Shown: positions 8,358 to 18,060, numbered from the stretch's first letter. The stretch: 42,509 nucleotides of DNA from Actinomyces sp. (GCA_012837655.1 DUQT01000154.1:1-42509), one strand, 5' to 3'. Numbers and translations are program-made. Notes: generated by a model not told the origin, from the letters alone.

Positions 8358-9718
8358 GCGCCCTTCCAGTACTCCTCTAGAACCTGCGACATAGCCAGGT
8401 GGTCCTTCACGTGGCTCATTTCGCGCGCGGAGTGCATGGACAGCAACCCGATTCCCACATCCACCGTGGTGATCCCCAGACGAGTCGCGGTCAGTGGGCC
8501 AATCGTGGAACCACACGGCACCGAGTTGTTTGAAACAAACGCCTGGTGGCTAATTCCAGCCGCTTCACACACGCGATTCCAAAGCGCAGTCCCAACCGCA
8601 TCGGACGCGTAGCGCTGGTTCGCGTTCAGCTTCAGCATCGGCCCCGCGCCCGGCATCGGGTGGTTGTTCGGGTCGTGGCGCTCCGCGTAGTTCGGGTGCA
8701 CAAAGTGGCCCGCATCCGCCGAAATACAGGTCGTTGTCGCCAACATGCGGTGGTAGCCGTCCTCATCCTTACCCAGGGCGGCAGCCAGGCGCCGCAGAAC
8801 CGTTTCCAAAATCGGCCCCGAAGCTCCCGACCTCGTAGACGACCCGACTTCCTCGTGGTCAAACGCTGCAAACACGGCGATATCGGACAGGGATAGATCC
8901 GCCGCCTTCGTTGTAACCGCATCCGTGGACGCAGCGTCTGTGGGCGCAGCGTCTGTGGAATCGGCGCTCGCGGCCTTCGCGATCTTTTCCATCGCGACGA
9001 GCCCCGCGTGTACCGAAGACAAGTTATCCTGGCGTCCCGCGGCAAAGAATTCTTCGTTAGCTCCGAAACGGGCCGGTTTTTCAGTCGCAAAAGATACGAG
9101 GTCGTGGCCGACAATCTCATCTGCAGAATCCAGGCCGGCAAGTTCAGCCAGGTGATCAAAGATCGTCTGGTCGGATCCCAGCATCCAAATCGGTTGCATG
9201 TGCTTTTGACGGTCCAGCTTCAGCCCGTCGCTATTAATTTCACGATCTAAATGAATCGCTAGTTGCGGGATGCGCGCGATCGGACCCGTCGTTACCAGGT
9301 GCTCGTTTCCAGCACGATCGATGATCCGGCCGGCAAATCCGATCTCGCGGTCCAGCCACGAGTTCAGTAGCAAACCACCGTATAGTTCAACATCGATCTG
9401 CCCCCAACCGTCAGCCGTTGTCGAAGAGCCAGACGGTTTTATTTTCAAGCCGGGCGAATCCGTGTGGCAGCCAACGATCCTAAATGAGGACGCAGCCACG
9501 CCCTCGGGAATGAACCACGCCATAACGGCGCCGTCGCGGATGAAAAAATACCCGCCGGGTGAAGCTGTCATTGGGTCGGATTCGCAAACTTGCGAAAACC
9601 CGACAGCCTTCAAACGGCGGGTGATTTCTGCTGCTGCATGGTAGGACGACGGGGACTTGACGATGAAATCCCCGAAGTCCTCAACATGCTCGATTTCTGC
9701 TGGTTGTAGGTAAGTCAT
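8354..9718 (-). CDS. apeB: M18 family aspartyl aminopeptidase
   Basis: SPSSYHA, GCHTDSP, SWLDRE, PQLAIHLDR, RQDNLSS, FDHEEVGS, HPNY, CGSTIGP, SMHSARE; start placed at ATG after GGAGGG. Confidence 0.92.
   Translation of the reverse strand: MTYLQPAEIEHVEDFGDFIVKSPSSYHAAAEITRRLKAVGFSQVCESDPMTASPGGYFFIRDGAVMAWFIPEGVAASSFRIVGCHTDSPGLKIKPSGSSTTADGWGQIDVELYGGLLLNSWLDREIGFAGRIIDRAGNEHLVTTGPIARIPQLAIHLDREINSDGLKLDRQKHMQPIWMLGSDQTIFDHLAELAGLDSADEIVGHDLVSFATEKPARFGANEEFFAAGRQDNLSSVHAGLVAMEKIAKAASADSTDAAPTDAASTDAVTTKAADLSLSDIAVFAAFDHEEVGSSTRSGASGPILETVLRRLAAALGKDEDGYHRMLATTTCISADAGHFVHPNYAERHDPNNHPMPGAGPMLKLNANQRYASDAVGTALWNRVCEAAGISHQAFVSNNSVPCGSTIGPLTATRLGITTVDVGIGLLSMHSAREMSHVKDHLAMSQVLEEYWKGA
8916..8960. 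repeat. In-frame 15-bp tandem repeat (3 units) within apeB
   Basis: ACCGCATCCGTGGAC / GCAGCGTCTGTGGGC / GCAGCGTCTGTGGAA, encoding STDAA-PTDAA-STDAV on the minus strand. Confidence 0.8.
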
Positions 9719-9728
9719 ACCCTCCAAG

Positions 9729-10163
9729 CTAGCAGGAGAAACGGTAAACGTTCGTATTGCGCTGCTCGAAACCGACGCGCTGGTACAGGCGATTTGCGGC
9801 CTGACGGGTGGGGCGCGAAGTCAGGTCAACCGTGCACGCCCCGTTGTTACGGGCGAATTCGATGGCGGCCTCAGTTAGCTTGCGGCCGGCGCCCTGCCCG
9901 CGCGTTTCCTCCGAGACCACAACGTCCTCAATCCACGCGCGCGTACCCGTTGGGATCTGGAACATAACCAGGGTCAGCATGCCCAAAATATTCTCCGGAT
10001 CATCATCGGGGGTGAACGCGAAGAAGTGGGTGCTCGGCTGGGACAAGAAAGCCTCAACAGATTCCGCCGTCATCGGTTTTGCCGAGGACGAGAGCTGGGG
10101 GAGCAGACGGTTAATAGCCTCCACCAACTCCGGTGACGACTTTTCAACAATTTTTACGGCCAT
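9729..10163 (-). CDS. GNAT family N-acetyltransferase
   Basis: AWIEDVVVSEETRGQGAGRKL (acetyl-CoA motif A), DLTSRPTRQAANRLYQRVGF; start taken at MAVKIV. Confidence 0.9.
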   Translation of the reverse strand: MAVKIVEKSSPELVEAINRLLPQLSSSAKPMTAESVEAFLSQPSTHFFAFTPDDDPENILGMLTLVMFQIPTGTRAWIEDVVVSEETRGQGAGRKLTEAAIEFARNNGACTVDLTSRPTRQAANRLYQRVGFEQRNTNVYRFSC

Positions 10164-10346
10164 TGGATTACCCCTAACTAGGTGGGAGAACATTTTTATA
10201 GTCTCCATTCTAGAGTTTCACCCGACAAAAAGTGATCTATGACATGCAGTGCGGGTTGGGCCTGTGAACCTGTCTTGGGGATTGGTGCAGGCGTCCAAGT
10301 TTGGAATGCACAATTAATCGCGCGTAGAACTTAGTAGGCTGGGCGC

Positions 10347-11798
10347 ATGCGTTATGTATCCACCCGAGGGTTGCCCACAGACAGTCCGCGATCCTTTACA
10401 GATATTCTTTTGCGTGGTCTTGCTCCGGATGGCGGCCTCTATATGCCCGTCACGTATCCGCGCGTTGATAGCGAGATGCTGGCGAACTGGGTGAAGGTGT
10501 TTCACGAGGGCGGTTACGCTCCGCTTGCCTTCGAAGTCATGAGCCTGTTCATCGACGACATCCCGCCCGCGGATCTAAAAGCGATGTGTTACCGCGCGTA
10601 TAACGCAGAAAACTTTGAGTCGGACGTGGTCGCGCCGATGACACAGCTGGATGACGGCATCTGGCTACTTCACCTTTCAAACGGCCCCACTGCAGCATTC
10701 AAAGACATGGCGATGCAGATGCTCGGTGAGCTGTTTGAATACGTGTTGGAAAAAGAAGGACGCGAACTGAACATCCTTGGCGCGACCTCCGGCGACACGG
10801 GCTCATCCGCCGAGTACGCGATGTTGGGCAAGGACAACATCCGCGTGTTCATGCTTACACCCGCAGGGCGAATGACTCCGTTCCAGCAGGCGCAAATGTA
10901 CGGGCTGGATGACCCCGCAATCATCAACATTGCGCTAGACGGTGTCTTTGACGACTGTCAGGACGTAGTGAAGGAAATCTCCGCAGACGCGGAGTTCAAA
11001 GAAAAATACAGCATCGGCGCGGTGAACTCGATCAACTGGGCGCGCCTGCTTGCCCAGGTCGTGTACTACGTTGCCGCGTGGATTCAGGCAAGTGGAGCCG
11101 AAGGGAACAAGGTTTCATTCTCTGTTCCAACTGGAAACTTTGGAGACATCTGTGCAGGCCACATTGCTCGCCGCATGGGCGTACCGATCGACAAACTGAT
11201 TGTCGCGACCAATGAAAATAATGTCCTCGACGAGTTTTTCCGCACGGGAGTTTACAGGGTCCGTTCCGCAGAAGAAACCTTCAAGACGTCCAGCCCCTCG
11301 ATGGATATTTCCAAGGCTTCAAACTTCGAACGCTTCATTTACGACCTCGTGGGTCGCGATCAAGAACGCGTACGTGAACTTTTCGCCCAAAAATTAGTGA
11401 ACGAGGGCGAATTTAGCCTGGCTGGCACTTCAGAGTTCAAGGATGCGCGCATCAGGTTTGGTTTCCTGTCGGGCTCGTCTACGCATGAGGATCGATTGGA
11501 CTCAATCAACTCGGTTTATCGCCACGACAAGATCATCATTGATCCTCACACTGCAGACGCGTGGAAAGTTGCGCGCGACGCGCTGCGTGGCGGAGTAGTT
11601 GAGCATCCTCTGATCGTTTTGGAAACTGCGCTCCCCGTGAAGTTCGCCGAGACCATTCAGGAGGCTTTGGGCTTCACGCCCGAGATGCCCGAAAGATTTG
11701 CAGGTATTGAAAACGCAGGCCGCCACGTTGTCGACATGCCCAACGACGCAGAAGCGGTCAAGCAGTTGATTATCGACACCGTGGCGGCCGAACGTTAA
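10347..11798 (+). CDS. thrC: Threonine synthase
   Basis: MRYVSTRG, GLAPDGGLY, GPTAAFKD (PLP lysine), GATSGDTG, NSINWAR, VPTGNFG, SPSMDI. Confidence 0.96.
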   Translation: MRYVSTRGLPTDSPRSFTDILLRGLAPDGGLYMPVTYPRVDSEMLANWVKVFHEGGYAPLAFEVMSLFIDDIPPADLKAMCYRAYNAENFESDVVAPMTQLDDGIWLLHLSNGPTAAFKDMAMQMLGELFEYVLEKEGRELNILGATSGDTGSSAEYAMLGKDNIRVFMLTPAGRMTPFQQAQMYGLDDPAIINIALDGVFDDCQDVVKEISADAEFKEKYSIGAVNSINWARLLAQVVYYVAAWIQASGAEGNKVSFSVPTGNFGDICAGHIARRMGVPIDKLIVATNENNVLDEFFRTGVYRVRSAEETFKTSSPSMDISKASNFERFIYDLVGRDQERVRELFAQKLVNEGEFSLAGTSEFKDARIRFGFLSGSSTHEDRLDSINSVYRHDKIIIDPHTADAWKVARDALRGGVVEHPLIVLETALPVKFAETIQEALGFTPEMPERFAGIENAGRHVVDMPNDAEAVKQLIIDTVAAER

Positions 11799-11821
11799 GA
11801 GTTACACCCGTTTAGTGTTAT

Positions 11822-12421
11822 TTAGGCAAGCTTATGTGCAATACCGATTGCACGCTTAACCATGTGTCCCAGAGCGGTCTTGACTTCTTCAGTGACCTCG
11901 TTCTGGTTCGTTGCGCCGGTTACGTGGCTGACGCCGTAGGGGTTACCGTCAACGAACTTCAGCGGATCAGTGAAGCCAGGCGTGACGATGATGCCACCGA
12001 AGTGCATGACCATCTCGTAGATCGCCATGAGCGTGGTTTCCTGACCGCCGTGGTTGGTCTGCGAGGACGTGAATGCGGCGTAAACCTTGTTGGCCAACTT
12101 GCCCTGCGCCCACAGTCCACCGAGGCCGTCGATGAACGACTGGAACTGTGAAGCCGGCTTCGAGAAGCGGGTGGGGGAGCCAAAGATTACAACGTCTGCC
12201 CACTCGATGTCTTCACCGGTTGCTGCTGGCAGGTCCTTCGTTGCAGCGTAGTTAGCGCTCCAAGCCGGGTTTGCCTTGAAGACCTCCGGGTCTACGGTTT
12301 CCGCGATGTGGCGGACGCGCACCTCAACGCCTGGTTCCTGCGAAGCGACCTCTTCCAGGTGTTTTGCCATTGCGGTTCCGTGACCAGTTGCCGAGTAGTA
12401 GATGACTGCAACGTTTACCAT
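11822..12421 (-). CDS. wrbA: NAD(P)H:quinone oxidoreductase, WrbA family flavoprotein
   Basis: IYYSATGH, FGSPTRF, HGGQETTL, GNPYG; GAAAGGA RBS. Confidence 0.9.
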   Translation of the reverse strand: MVNVAVIYYSATGHGTAMAKHLEEVASQEPGVEVRVRHIAETVDPEVFKANPAWSANYAATKDLPAATGEDIEWADVVIFGSPTRFSKPASQFQSFIDGLGGLWAQGKLANKVYAAFTSSQTNHGGQETTLMAIYEMVMHFGGIIVTPGFTDPLKFVDGNPYGVSHVTGATNQNEVTEEVKTALGHMVKRAIGIAHKLA

Positions 12422-12485
12422 TGCGTTTCCTTTCCGTTTTGATACCGGGTTACGTTTGATGCCGGATCAAGCTTCGCAAAAAGAG

Positions 12486-12499
12486 GTTGCGAGCGCAAC
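12486..12499. promoter_or_regulatory. Putative MarR operator 1 (GTTG-N6-CAAC)
   Basis: Palindrome GTTGCG-AG-CGCAAC in the wrbA/marR divergent spacer. Confidence 0.65.
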
Positions 12500-12555
12500 T
12501 AAATCTAGTTTTTGTGGTTGAAATCATCATGAAATCAGGGCTTGACTGTGGTGTA

Positions 12556-12575
12556 ATAGTTGCGTAATCAACTAT
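12556..12575. promoter_or_regulatory. Putative MarR operator 2 (GTTG-N6-CAAC)
   Basis: ATAGTTG-CGTAAT-CAACTAT, downstream of a TTGACT -35-like hexamer (12542-12547) facing marR. Confidence 0.7.
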
Positions 12576-12603
12576 CTACCTTTTGTTTATCTAGGAGGGC
12601 GAA

Positions 12604-13065
12604 GTGGCGCAGTCTGTTGAAACCGATGTTGTGGCGGCCTGGGCGCGCGCTGCTCGAATAATAGAGTTTTCCGTGGAATCGGCTCTGGCTCAAGTGGGCA
12701 TGACGCCAACCGAGTACGAAATCCTGCGGGCGCTCTTTGATAGTTGCTCATTAAACGTTTCAGACATCGGCAGAGTTGCCGTTGTGACTAAATCCGGAGC
12801 CAGCCGCGCCCTCAAACATATGGAAGTTGCCGGATGGGTTGAGCGCAGAGCATCCGGTACGGATCGTCGCGCGATGGCTGTTTCGATAACGTCGGCGGGG
12901 CATGACAAGTTTCTGGAAGCTTCCGAGGCGATGCAACCGGTTGTTGATAAGTACCTGCTGGATAATTTGTCGCCGCGGGGGACCAGGGAACTCGTGCGAT
13001 TCTTGGAAGCCGTCGTTGCCGCAGGCGAAGAGGAATGTGACGAGGCCGCGGCCTTAGCCGAATAG
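12604..13065 (+). CDS. MarR family transcriptional regulator
   Basis: GMTPTEYEILRAL, wHTH 'TKSGASRALKHMEVAGWVERR..TDRRA..VSITSAG'; GGAGGG RBS. Confidence 0.92.
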   Translation: MAQSVETDVVAAWARAARIIEFSVESALAQVGMTPTEYEILRALFDSCSLNVSDIGRVAVVTKSGASRALKHMEVAGWVERRASGTDRRAMAVSITSAGHDKFLEASEAMQPVVDKYLLDNLSPRGTRELVRFLEAVVAAGEEECDEAAALAE

Positions 13066-13731
13066 GCTTGACCACGGGATGAGCGCGATACCCAGGATCG
13101 CGAACAGTGAACCGAGTATGACGTCGATAGGTGTGTGCATTTTCTCGTAGCCGCGAACGAATGCGGGCACCGACGCGACGGATGCAACCACGGTGAACCA
13201 GGTGCTCGAAATCAGCACCATCAGGACCGTTAGTAGAGCGCCCTGACCAAAGGTAATCGTTGAGGGGAGCATTGCGGCGAACAGCGTCGTAAAGAAGATG
13301 ACTGCCTTCGGGTTGCCAACAGTAGTGGTCAAGAAACCGAGTCGGAAAGCCTTCCACCGCGGGTAATCTTCGGTATTTTCGCCGGCCGTATCGGGTGGGG
13401 CCGCAGCTGCGCCCTCGTCGGTTGATTTGGAACTGTCGTGGCTGCGGTAGGTGGAAAGAAGGATTCGTGCGCCGTAAATCGCCAGGAATGTTGCGCCGAT
13501 CAGGCGGACGATCAGGAAAATCGTTGGGGACGTGGAAATGATCGCGACGATGCCGGCCATGGTTCCGACCGCCCATAGTGACGTTCCAATTCCGATGCCG
13601 AGGCCGGTGGCGATGCCGTGGCGGCGCCCTCGTGAGAGGGACATGCGCAGGGTGGCTAAGAAATCTGGGCCGGGTGACATTACTGCCACGGCGAAAGTAA
13701 CTAGCAGGGTTGCCCACGAAGAAGGGGTCAT
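13054..13731 (-). CDS. LysE/RhtB family translocator
   Basis: SPGPDF, GRRHGIATGLGIG, GFLTTTVGNPKA; ATG coupled (TAATG) to the upstream gene stop. Confidence 0.92.
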   Translation of the reverse strand: MTPSSWATLLVTFAVAVMSPGPDFLATLRMSLSRGRRHGIATGLGIGIGTSLWAVGTMAGIVAIISTSPTIFLIVRLIGATFLAIYGARILLSTYRSHDSSKSTDEGAAAAPPDTAGENTEDYPRWKAFRLGFLTTTVGNPKAVIFFTTLFAAMLPSTITFGQGALLTVLMVLISSTWFTVVASVASVPAFVRGYEKMHTPIDVILGSLFAILGIALIPWSSLFG

Positions 13732-14105
13732 TATGCCCACCCGAGTTCGTGAAGCTGATCGTCGTCGATGCCGAAATAGTGGGCGATCTCGTGGACCAGA
13801 GTTATGTGGATTTGTTCGCGCAGTTCGTCAAGGTCCTTTGAGATGTCTATCAATGGATTGCGGAACAGCGTGATTCGGTCTGGCAGGTCGCCAAAGCCGT
13901 ATTCGGAACGGTCAAGAATGTCGACCCCTTCATAAAGGCCGAGCATGACCGGTGAATCTTCGGGGGAGTCGTCCTCGATGAAAAACGCGACGTTGTCGAG
14001 GCGGCTCACCATATCCGCGGGGAGCGCGTCAAAGGCCTCTTCGACGAGCTCGGCGAACTCGTCCTCTGAAACCTCAAACCTTTCCGGGACATTTGAATCC
14101 GACAT
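13731..14105 (-). CDS. Zincin-like metallopeptidase family protein (Zincin_1/DUF1025)
   Basis: LGLYEG, LPDRITLFRNP, TLVHEIAHYFGIDD (HExxH); start MSDSN lies 7 nt after a TAGCAT -10 box. Confidence 0.88.
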   Translation of the reverse strand: MSDSNVPERFEVSEDEFAELVEEAFDALPADMVSRLDNVAFFIEDDSPEDSPVMLGLYEGVDILDRSEYGFGDLPDRITLFRNPLIDISKDLDELREQIHITLVHEIAHYFGIDDDQLHELGWA

Positions 14106-14242
14106 GAAAATGATGCTACCGAAATCCGCCATGTGATGTGCATTCGTCCATTCGAGGGCGATGGTGGGTGCGCTGGTGAGGTTGGGCTTGCATGTCCACA
14201 GTACAAATGTGACGAGCCTAACTCTGTCTGTTGGTGGGGCTG

Positions 14243-14268
14243 GGAATAATGCAAGGGCCTATTAGGTT
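14243..14268 (+). promoter_or_regulatory. SigH/SigR-type promoter of the dnaK operon
   Basis: GGAAT (14243-14247)-N18-GTT (14266-14268), matching the actinobacterial SigH/SigR consensus. Confidence 0.7.
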
Positions 14269-14286
14269 GAGTTAAGTAGACTCAAG
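14266..14286. promoter_or_regulatory. HAIR operator 1 (HspR site)
   Basis: GTTGAGT-TAAGTAG-ACTCAAG versus consensus CTTGAGT-N7-ACTCAAG. Confidence 0.9.
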
Positions 14287-14301
14287 TTTAGAGCACTCGG
14301 T

Positions 14302-14329
14302 TTGACACTGAATCTCGACAGAGTAGACT
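14302..14329 (+). promoter_or_regulatory. SigA-type promoter of the dnaK operon
   Basis: TTGACA (14302-14307)-N16-TAGACT (14324-14329). Confidence 0.7.
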
Positions 14330-14348
14330 TGAGTGCAACAGACTCAAC
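14328..14348. promoter_or_regulatory. HAIR operator 2 (HspR site)
   Basis: CTTGAGT-GCAACAG-ACTCAAC, overlapping the -10 box and likely TSS. Confidence 0.9.
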
Positions 14349-14369
14349 TTATGTAAGGAGGCCATTGAC

Positions 14370-16244
14370 ATGGCACGTGCAGTAGGTATTGACCTTGGCA
14401 CTACAAACTCGGCTATTGCCACCCTAGAAGGTGGCGAGCCCACAATTATCGCGAACGCTGAAGGTGCGCGCACAACCCCTTCAGTAGTCGCATTCTCGAA
14501 GGCTGGCGAGGTTCTCGTCGGCGAAATCGCAAAGCGTCAGGCGGTAACCAACGTTGACCGCACCATCATGTCGGTTAAGCGCCACATGGGTACGGACTGG
14601 GACGTTGAGATTGACGACAAGACTTACACCGCGCAGGAAATCTCCGCGCGTATTCTCGGCAAACTGAAGCGAGATGCGGAAGAGTACCTGGGCGAGCAGA
14701 TTACCGACGCCGTCATCACGGTTCCCGCATACTTCAATGACGCAGAGCGTCAGGCAACGAAGGATGCTGGGCGCATTGCGGGTATGAACGTAACCCGTAT
14801 CGTTAACGAGCCGACCGCGGCAGCTTTGGCTTACGGCCTTGAAAAGGGCAAGGAAGACGAGCTGATCCTGGTATTCGACCTCGGTGGCGGTACTTTCGAC
14901 GTTTCGCTCCTTGAAATCGGTAAGGACACCGACGACGGATCTGAGTTCTCCACTATTGAGGTTCGCGCAACCTCCGGTGACAACCGTCTTGGTGGTGACG
15001 ACTGGGATAGGGCAATCGTTAACTGGCTGGTCGAACAGGTGAAGGCCAAGTCCGGTAACGACCTTTCCAAGGACCCGGTTGCAATGCAGCGTCTACGTGA
15101 CGCCGCTGAGCAGGCGAAGAAGGAACTGTCCTCCGCAACGTCCACGAACATTTCGCTGCAGTACCTCACGATGGTTGACGGCGTGCCCGTCCACCTGGAT
15201 GAGCAGCTAACTCGCGCAAAGTTCGAAGCGATGACCGCTGATCTTCTGGCGCGCACCAAGGCTCCGTTCGAAGCAGTTATCCGCGACGCGGGTATCACCG
15301 TTGGCGACATTGACCACGTCATTTTGGTTGGTGGCTCCACGCGTATGCCGGCCGTTGCTGAGGCTGTTAAGAAGATGACCGGTGGTAAGGAACCGTCCAA
15401 GTCCGTTAACCCTGACGAGGTCGTTGCTTTGGGTGCAGCTCTTCAGGCAGGCGTCATGCAGGGTGACCGCAAGGACGTCCTCCTGATCGACGTTACCCCG
15501 CTGTCCCTGGGCATTGAGACCAAGGGTGGCTTCATGACCAAGCTGATCGACCGCAACACGGCTATCCCGACGAAGTCGACAGAGATCTTCTCCACGGCTG
15601 AAGATAATCAGCCTTCGGTACTGATCCAGGTCTTCCAGGGTGAGCGTGAGTTCGCTCGCGACAACAAGCCGCTGGGCACCTTCGAGCTAACCGGTATCGC
15701 ACCGGCACCTCGCGGCGTCCCGCAGATTGAGGTCACGTTCGACATCGACGCCAACGGTATCGTCCACGTTTCCGCTAAGGATCGGGGCACCGGTAAGGAA
15801 CAGTCGATGACGATCACCGGCGGCTCTGCCCTACCGAAGGACGAAATTGACCGCATGGTCAAGGAAGCTGAGGCACACGCGGAAGAGGACAAGAAGCGTC
15901 GTGAAGAAGCTGAAACCCGTAACGCTGCCGAGCAGACCGTCTACCAGATGGAAAAGATTCTGAAGGACGAGGCTGAGAAGATCTCGGACGAAACCGCGAA
16001 CGCGGTCCGCGCCGATATTGATGCAGTCAAGAAGGCTCTGGATGAGGACGACGTAGACGCTGTCAAGTCTGCGTTGGAGAAGCTGAACGAGTCCGGCATG
16101 AAGATCGGTCAGGAAGTTTACGAGGCCGCTCAGGCTGAGCAGCAGGCCGGCGCAGAAGGCGCTGAGGGTGCTGCGGACGCTTCTTCAGATGACGAAGAAA
16201 TCATTGACGCAGAGGTCGTCGATGACGAAGAGGACAACAAGTGA
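14370..16244 (+). CDS. dnaK: Chaperone DnaK (Hsp70)
   Basis: [52 protein letters not shown]; AAGGAGG RBS. Confidence 0.99.
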   Translation: MARAVGIDLGTTNSAIATLEGGEPTIIANAEGARTTPSVVAFSKAGEVLVGEIAKRQAVTNVDRTIMSVKRHMGTDWDVEIDDKTYTAQEISARILGKLKRDAEEYLGEQITDAVITVPAYFNDAERQATKDAGRIAGMNVTRIVNEPTAAALAYGLEKGKEDELILVFDLGGGTFDVSLLEIGKDTDDGSEFSTIEVRATSGDNRLGGDDWDRAIVNWLVEQVKAKSGNDLSKDPVAMQRLRDAAEQAKKELSSATSTNISLQYLTMVDGVPVHLDEQLTRAKFEAMTADLLARTKAPFEAVIRDAGITVGDIDHVILVGGSTRMPAVAEAVKKMTGGKEPSKSVNPDEVVALGAALQAGVMQGDRKDVLLIDVTPLSLGIETKGGFMTKLIDRNTAIPTKSTEIFSTAEDNQPSVLIQVFQGEREFARDNKPLGTFELTGIAPAPRGVPQIEVTFDIDANGIVHVSAKDRGTGKEQSMTITGGSALPKDEIDRMVKEAEAHAEEDKKRREEAETRNAAEQTVYQMEKILKDEAEKISDETANAVRADIDAVKKALDEDDVDAVKSALEKLNESGMKIGQEVYEAAQAEQQAGAEGAEGAADASSDDEEIIDAEVVDDEEDNK

Positions 16245-16945
16245 GTGAAGAGCAACTGAATCATGACCCTCGCGATGAGGGGCGTGAGGAAGAAAACATG
16301 GGGGCAGGCGACTCTGCCCCCATGGGCTCAAACCCAAACAGCTCAGCGGGAAGCGCAAATTCTGCACCCAGTGCCGATTCGGCTGAAAGTGCAGAATCTG
16401 GCGCAACTCCCGGCGCTACCCCGGCTGATGATGATATTTCGCACTTGGAAGAACAGCTATCTGACGTAGATGCTGGCCAGGATCCAAACGATCCGGCAGT
16501 CTTGCGCGAAGAGCTAAAGAAGCAGGGGGATGAGCTCGCCAGGGCTCGAGCTGACTACTACAACCTCACGCAGACGCACAATAATTTCGTGCGCCGTTCC
16601 AAGTCAGATGTGGCTGCGGCGCGAGGAATGGGACACGGCGAAGTCATCGAAGCGCTCATGCCAGTGCTCGATGATATTGAAGCCGCACGCAACGCGGGCG
16701 CCCTCGAAGATGGGCCGTTCGCGGCAATTGCAAACAAACTTGAAAACACGCTGGAAACCCGATTCGGATTCGAACGATTCGGCGCGTCCGGCGACGAATT
16801 TGACCCGAATATTCACGAGGCCGTGATGGCAACCCCGTCTGCGGATGTGGATGTCGAAACCGTGCACCAGGTAGTCCAGACTGGCTACAAGAACGGCGAC
16901 AAGGTGCTTCGTGCAGCGAAGGTCATTGTGGCGAATCCTGAATGA
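16241..16945 (+). CDS. grpE: Nucleotide exchange factor GrpE
   Basis: [41 protein letters not shown]; overlaps the dnaK stop. Confidence 0.96.
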   Translation: MSEEQLNHDPRDEGREEENMGAGDSAPMGSNPNSSAGSANSAPSADSAESAESGATPGATPADDDISHLEEQLSDVDAGQDPNDPAVLREELKKQGDELARARADYYNLTQTHNNFVRRSKSDVAAARGMGHGEVIEALMPVLDDIEAARNAGALEDGPFAAIANKLENTLETRFGFERFGASGDEFDPNIHEAVMATPSADVDVETVHQVVQTGYKNGDKVLRAAKVIVANPE

Positions 16946-16982
16946 GGAGCCACAAACCACTCGAAGAAGGAGGTGAGAAGCA

Positions 16983-18023
16983 ATGGCAGGACAAGACTGG
17001 ATGGAGAAGGACTTCTATAAAGTCTTAGGTGTCTCCAAAGACGCAACTGATGCGGAAATTAAGAAGTCTTACCGCAAGCTTGCGCGCAAATATCACCCGG
17101 ACCAAAACCCCGATGATAAGAACGCGGAAGAACGGTTCAAGGCTGTAGGAGAGGCCTACCAGGTACTGTCTGATCCGGAGCAACGCAAGCAGTACGATGC
17201 GATTCGTGCGATGGCCAGTGGGGGAGCCCGATTTTCCGCTGGACCGGGCGGCGGAGCGTCCGGATTTGAGGATATTTTCTCGATGTTCTCAGGCGGCGGA
17301 GGCAATGGCTCCCGCGTGCGCTTCTCCACTTCGGGAAATACTTCCGCTGGCGGAGCTGGTTTTGAAGACATCCTGTCAAACCTGTTCGGCGGTGCAGCGT
17401 CAAGCGGCGCGCCTGGCGGAAACTTCGCGAACTATTCTGACTATCAAGGGCGAGGCGCGTTCGGCCAGCAGCCTCAAAAAGGTGCTGATCTAGCGGCTTC
17501 AACGACCTTGACTTTGCGGCAGGCAGTTGAGGGTGCCACGTTGAAGATGAGTGTCGAAGGACGCTCAATGACGGTGCGTATCCCCGCTGGCGTGACCGAC
17601 GGTCAGAAACTTCGGCTTCGCGGTAAGGGCAGGCCGGGCGCTAACGGCGGCCCCGCTGGCGACCTCGTAGTTTCGATTACGATCGAAAAACACCCGGTGT
17701 TCCACATGGAGGGCCAGAACCTTCACATGAAGTTGCCGATTTCGTATGGCGAAGCGGCACTCGGTGCCGGTGTAGCTGTCCCGATGATGGATGGCTCCAC
17801 GGTGACCGTGAAGATTCCGGCGGGAACCTCGTCTGGCACACACCTTCGCCTGCGTAAACGCGGTGTGAAGAAGGGGCGGAAGAGGGGCGACTTGATTATT
17901 GAAATCGAGATCGCTGTTCCGAAGAACCTGTCCGCGGACGCAAAGGATGCCGTCAAGAAGCTCGCGGAAGCGACTTCTGATTGGGATCCGCGCGAAGGCC
18001 TCGCGGAAAAGGTTCGAAAGTAA
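16983..18023 (+). CDS. dnaJ: DnaJ co-chaperone, class B (no zinc finger)
   Basis: J-domain with YHPD, G/F-rich region and C-terminal domains; no cysteines, so no CxxCxGxG repeats. Confidence 0.93.
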   Translation: MAGQDWMEKDFYKVLGVSKDATDAEIKKSYRKLARKYHPDQNPDDKNAEERFKAVGEAYQVLSDPEQRKQYDAIRAMASGGARFSAGPGGGASGFEDIFSMFSGGGGNGSRVRFSTSGNTSAGGAGFEDILSNLFGGAASSGAPGGNFANYSDYQGRGAFGQQPQKGADLAASTTLTLRQAVEGATLKMSVEGRSMTVRIPAGVTDGQKLRLRGKGRPGANGGPAGDLVVSITIEKHPVFHMEGQNLHMKLPISYGEAALGAGVAVPMMDGSTVTVKIPAGTSSGTHLRLRKRGVKKGRKRGDLIIEIEIAVPKNLSADAKDAVKKLAEATSDWDPREGLAEKVRK

Positions 18024-18028
18024 ACTAG

Positions 18029-18060
18029 GTAGGGGGCGGGGCTTCGGCTCCGGCCCCTAC
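18029..18060 (+). other. Intercistronic GC-rich hairpin with C(UUCG)G tetraloop between dnaJ and hspR
   Basis: GTAGGGGGCGGGGC-TTCG-GCTCCGGCCCCTAC; no U-tract. Confidence 0.7.

Noticed and set aside
12812-13717. 301-aa alternative-frame ORF
   Set aside because: Arg/Pro-rich shadow frame of the LysE and MarR genes
16340-16430. SA-x tripeptide repeats in the GrpE N-terminus
   Set aside because: GrpE N-termini are normally disordered and low-complexity; not distinctive
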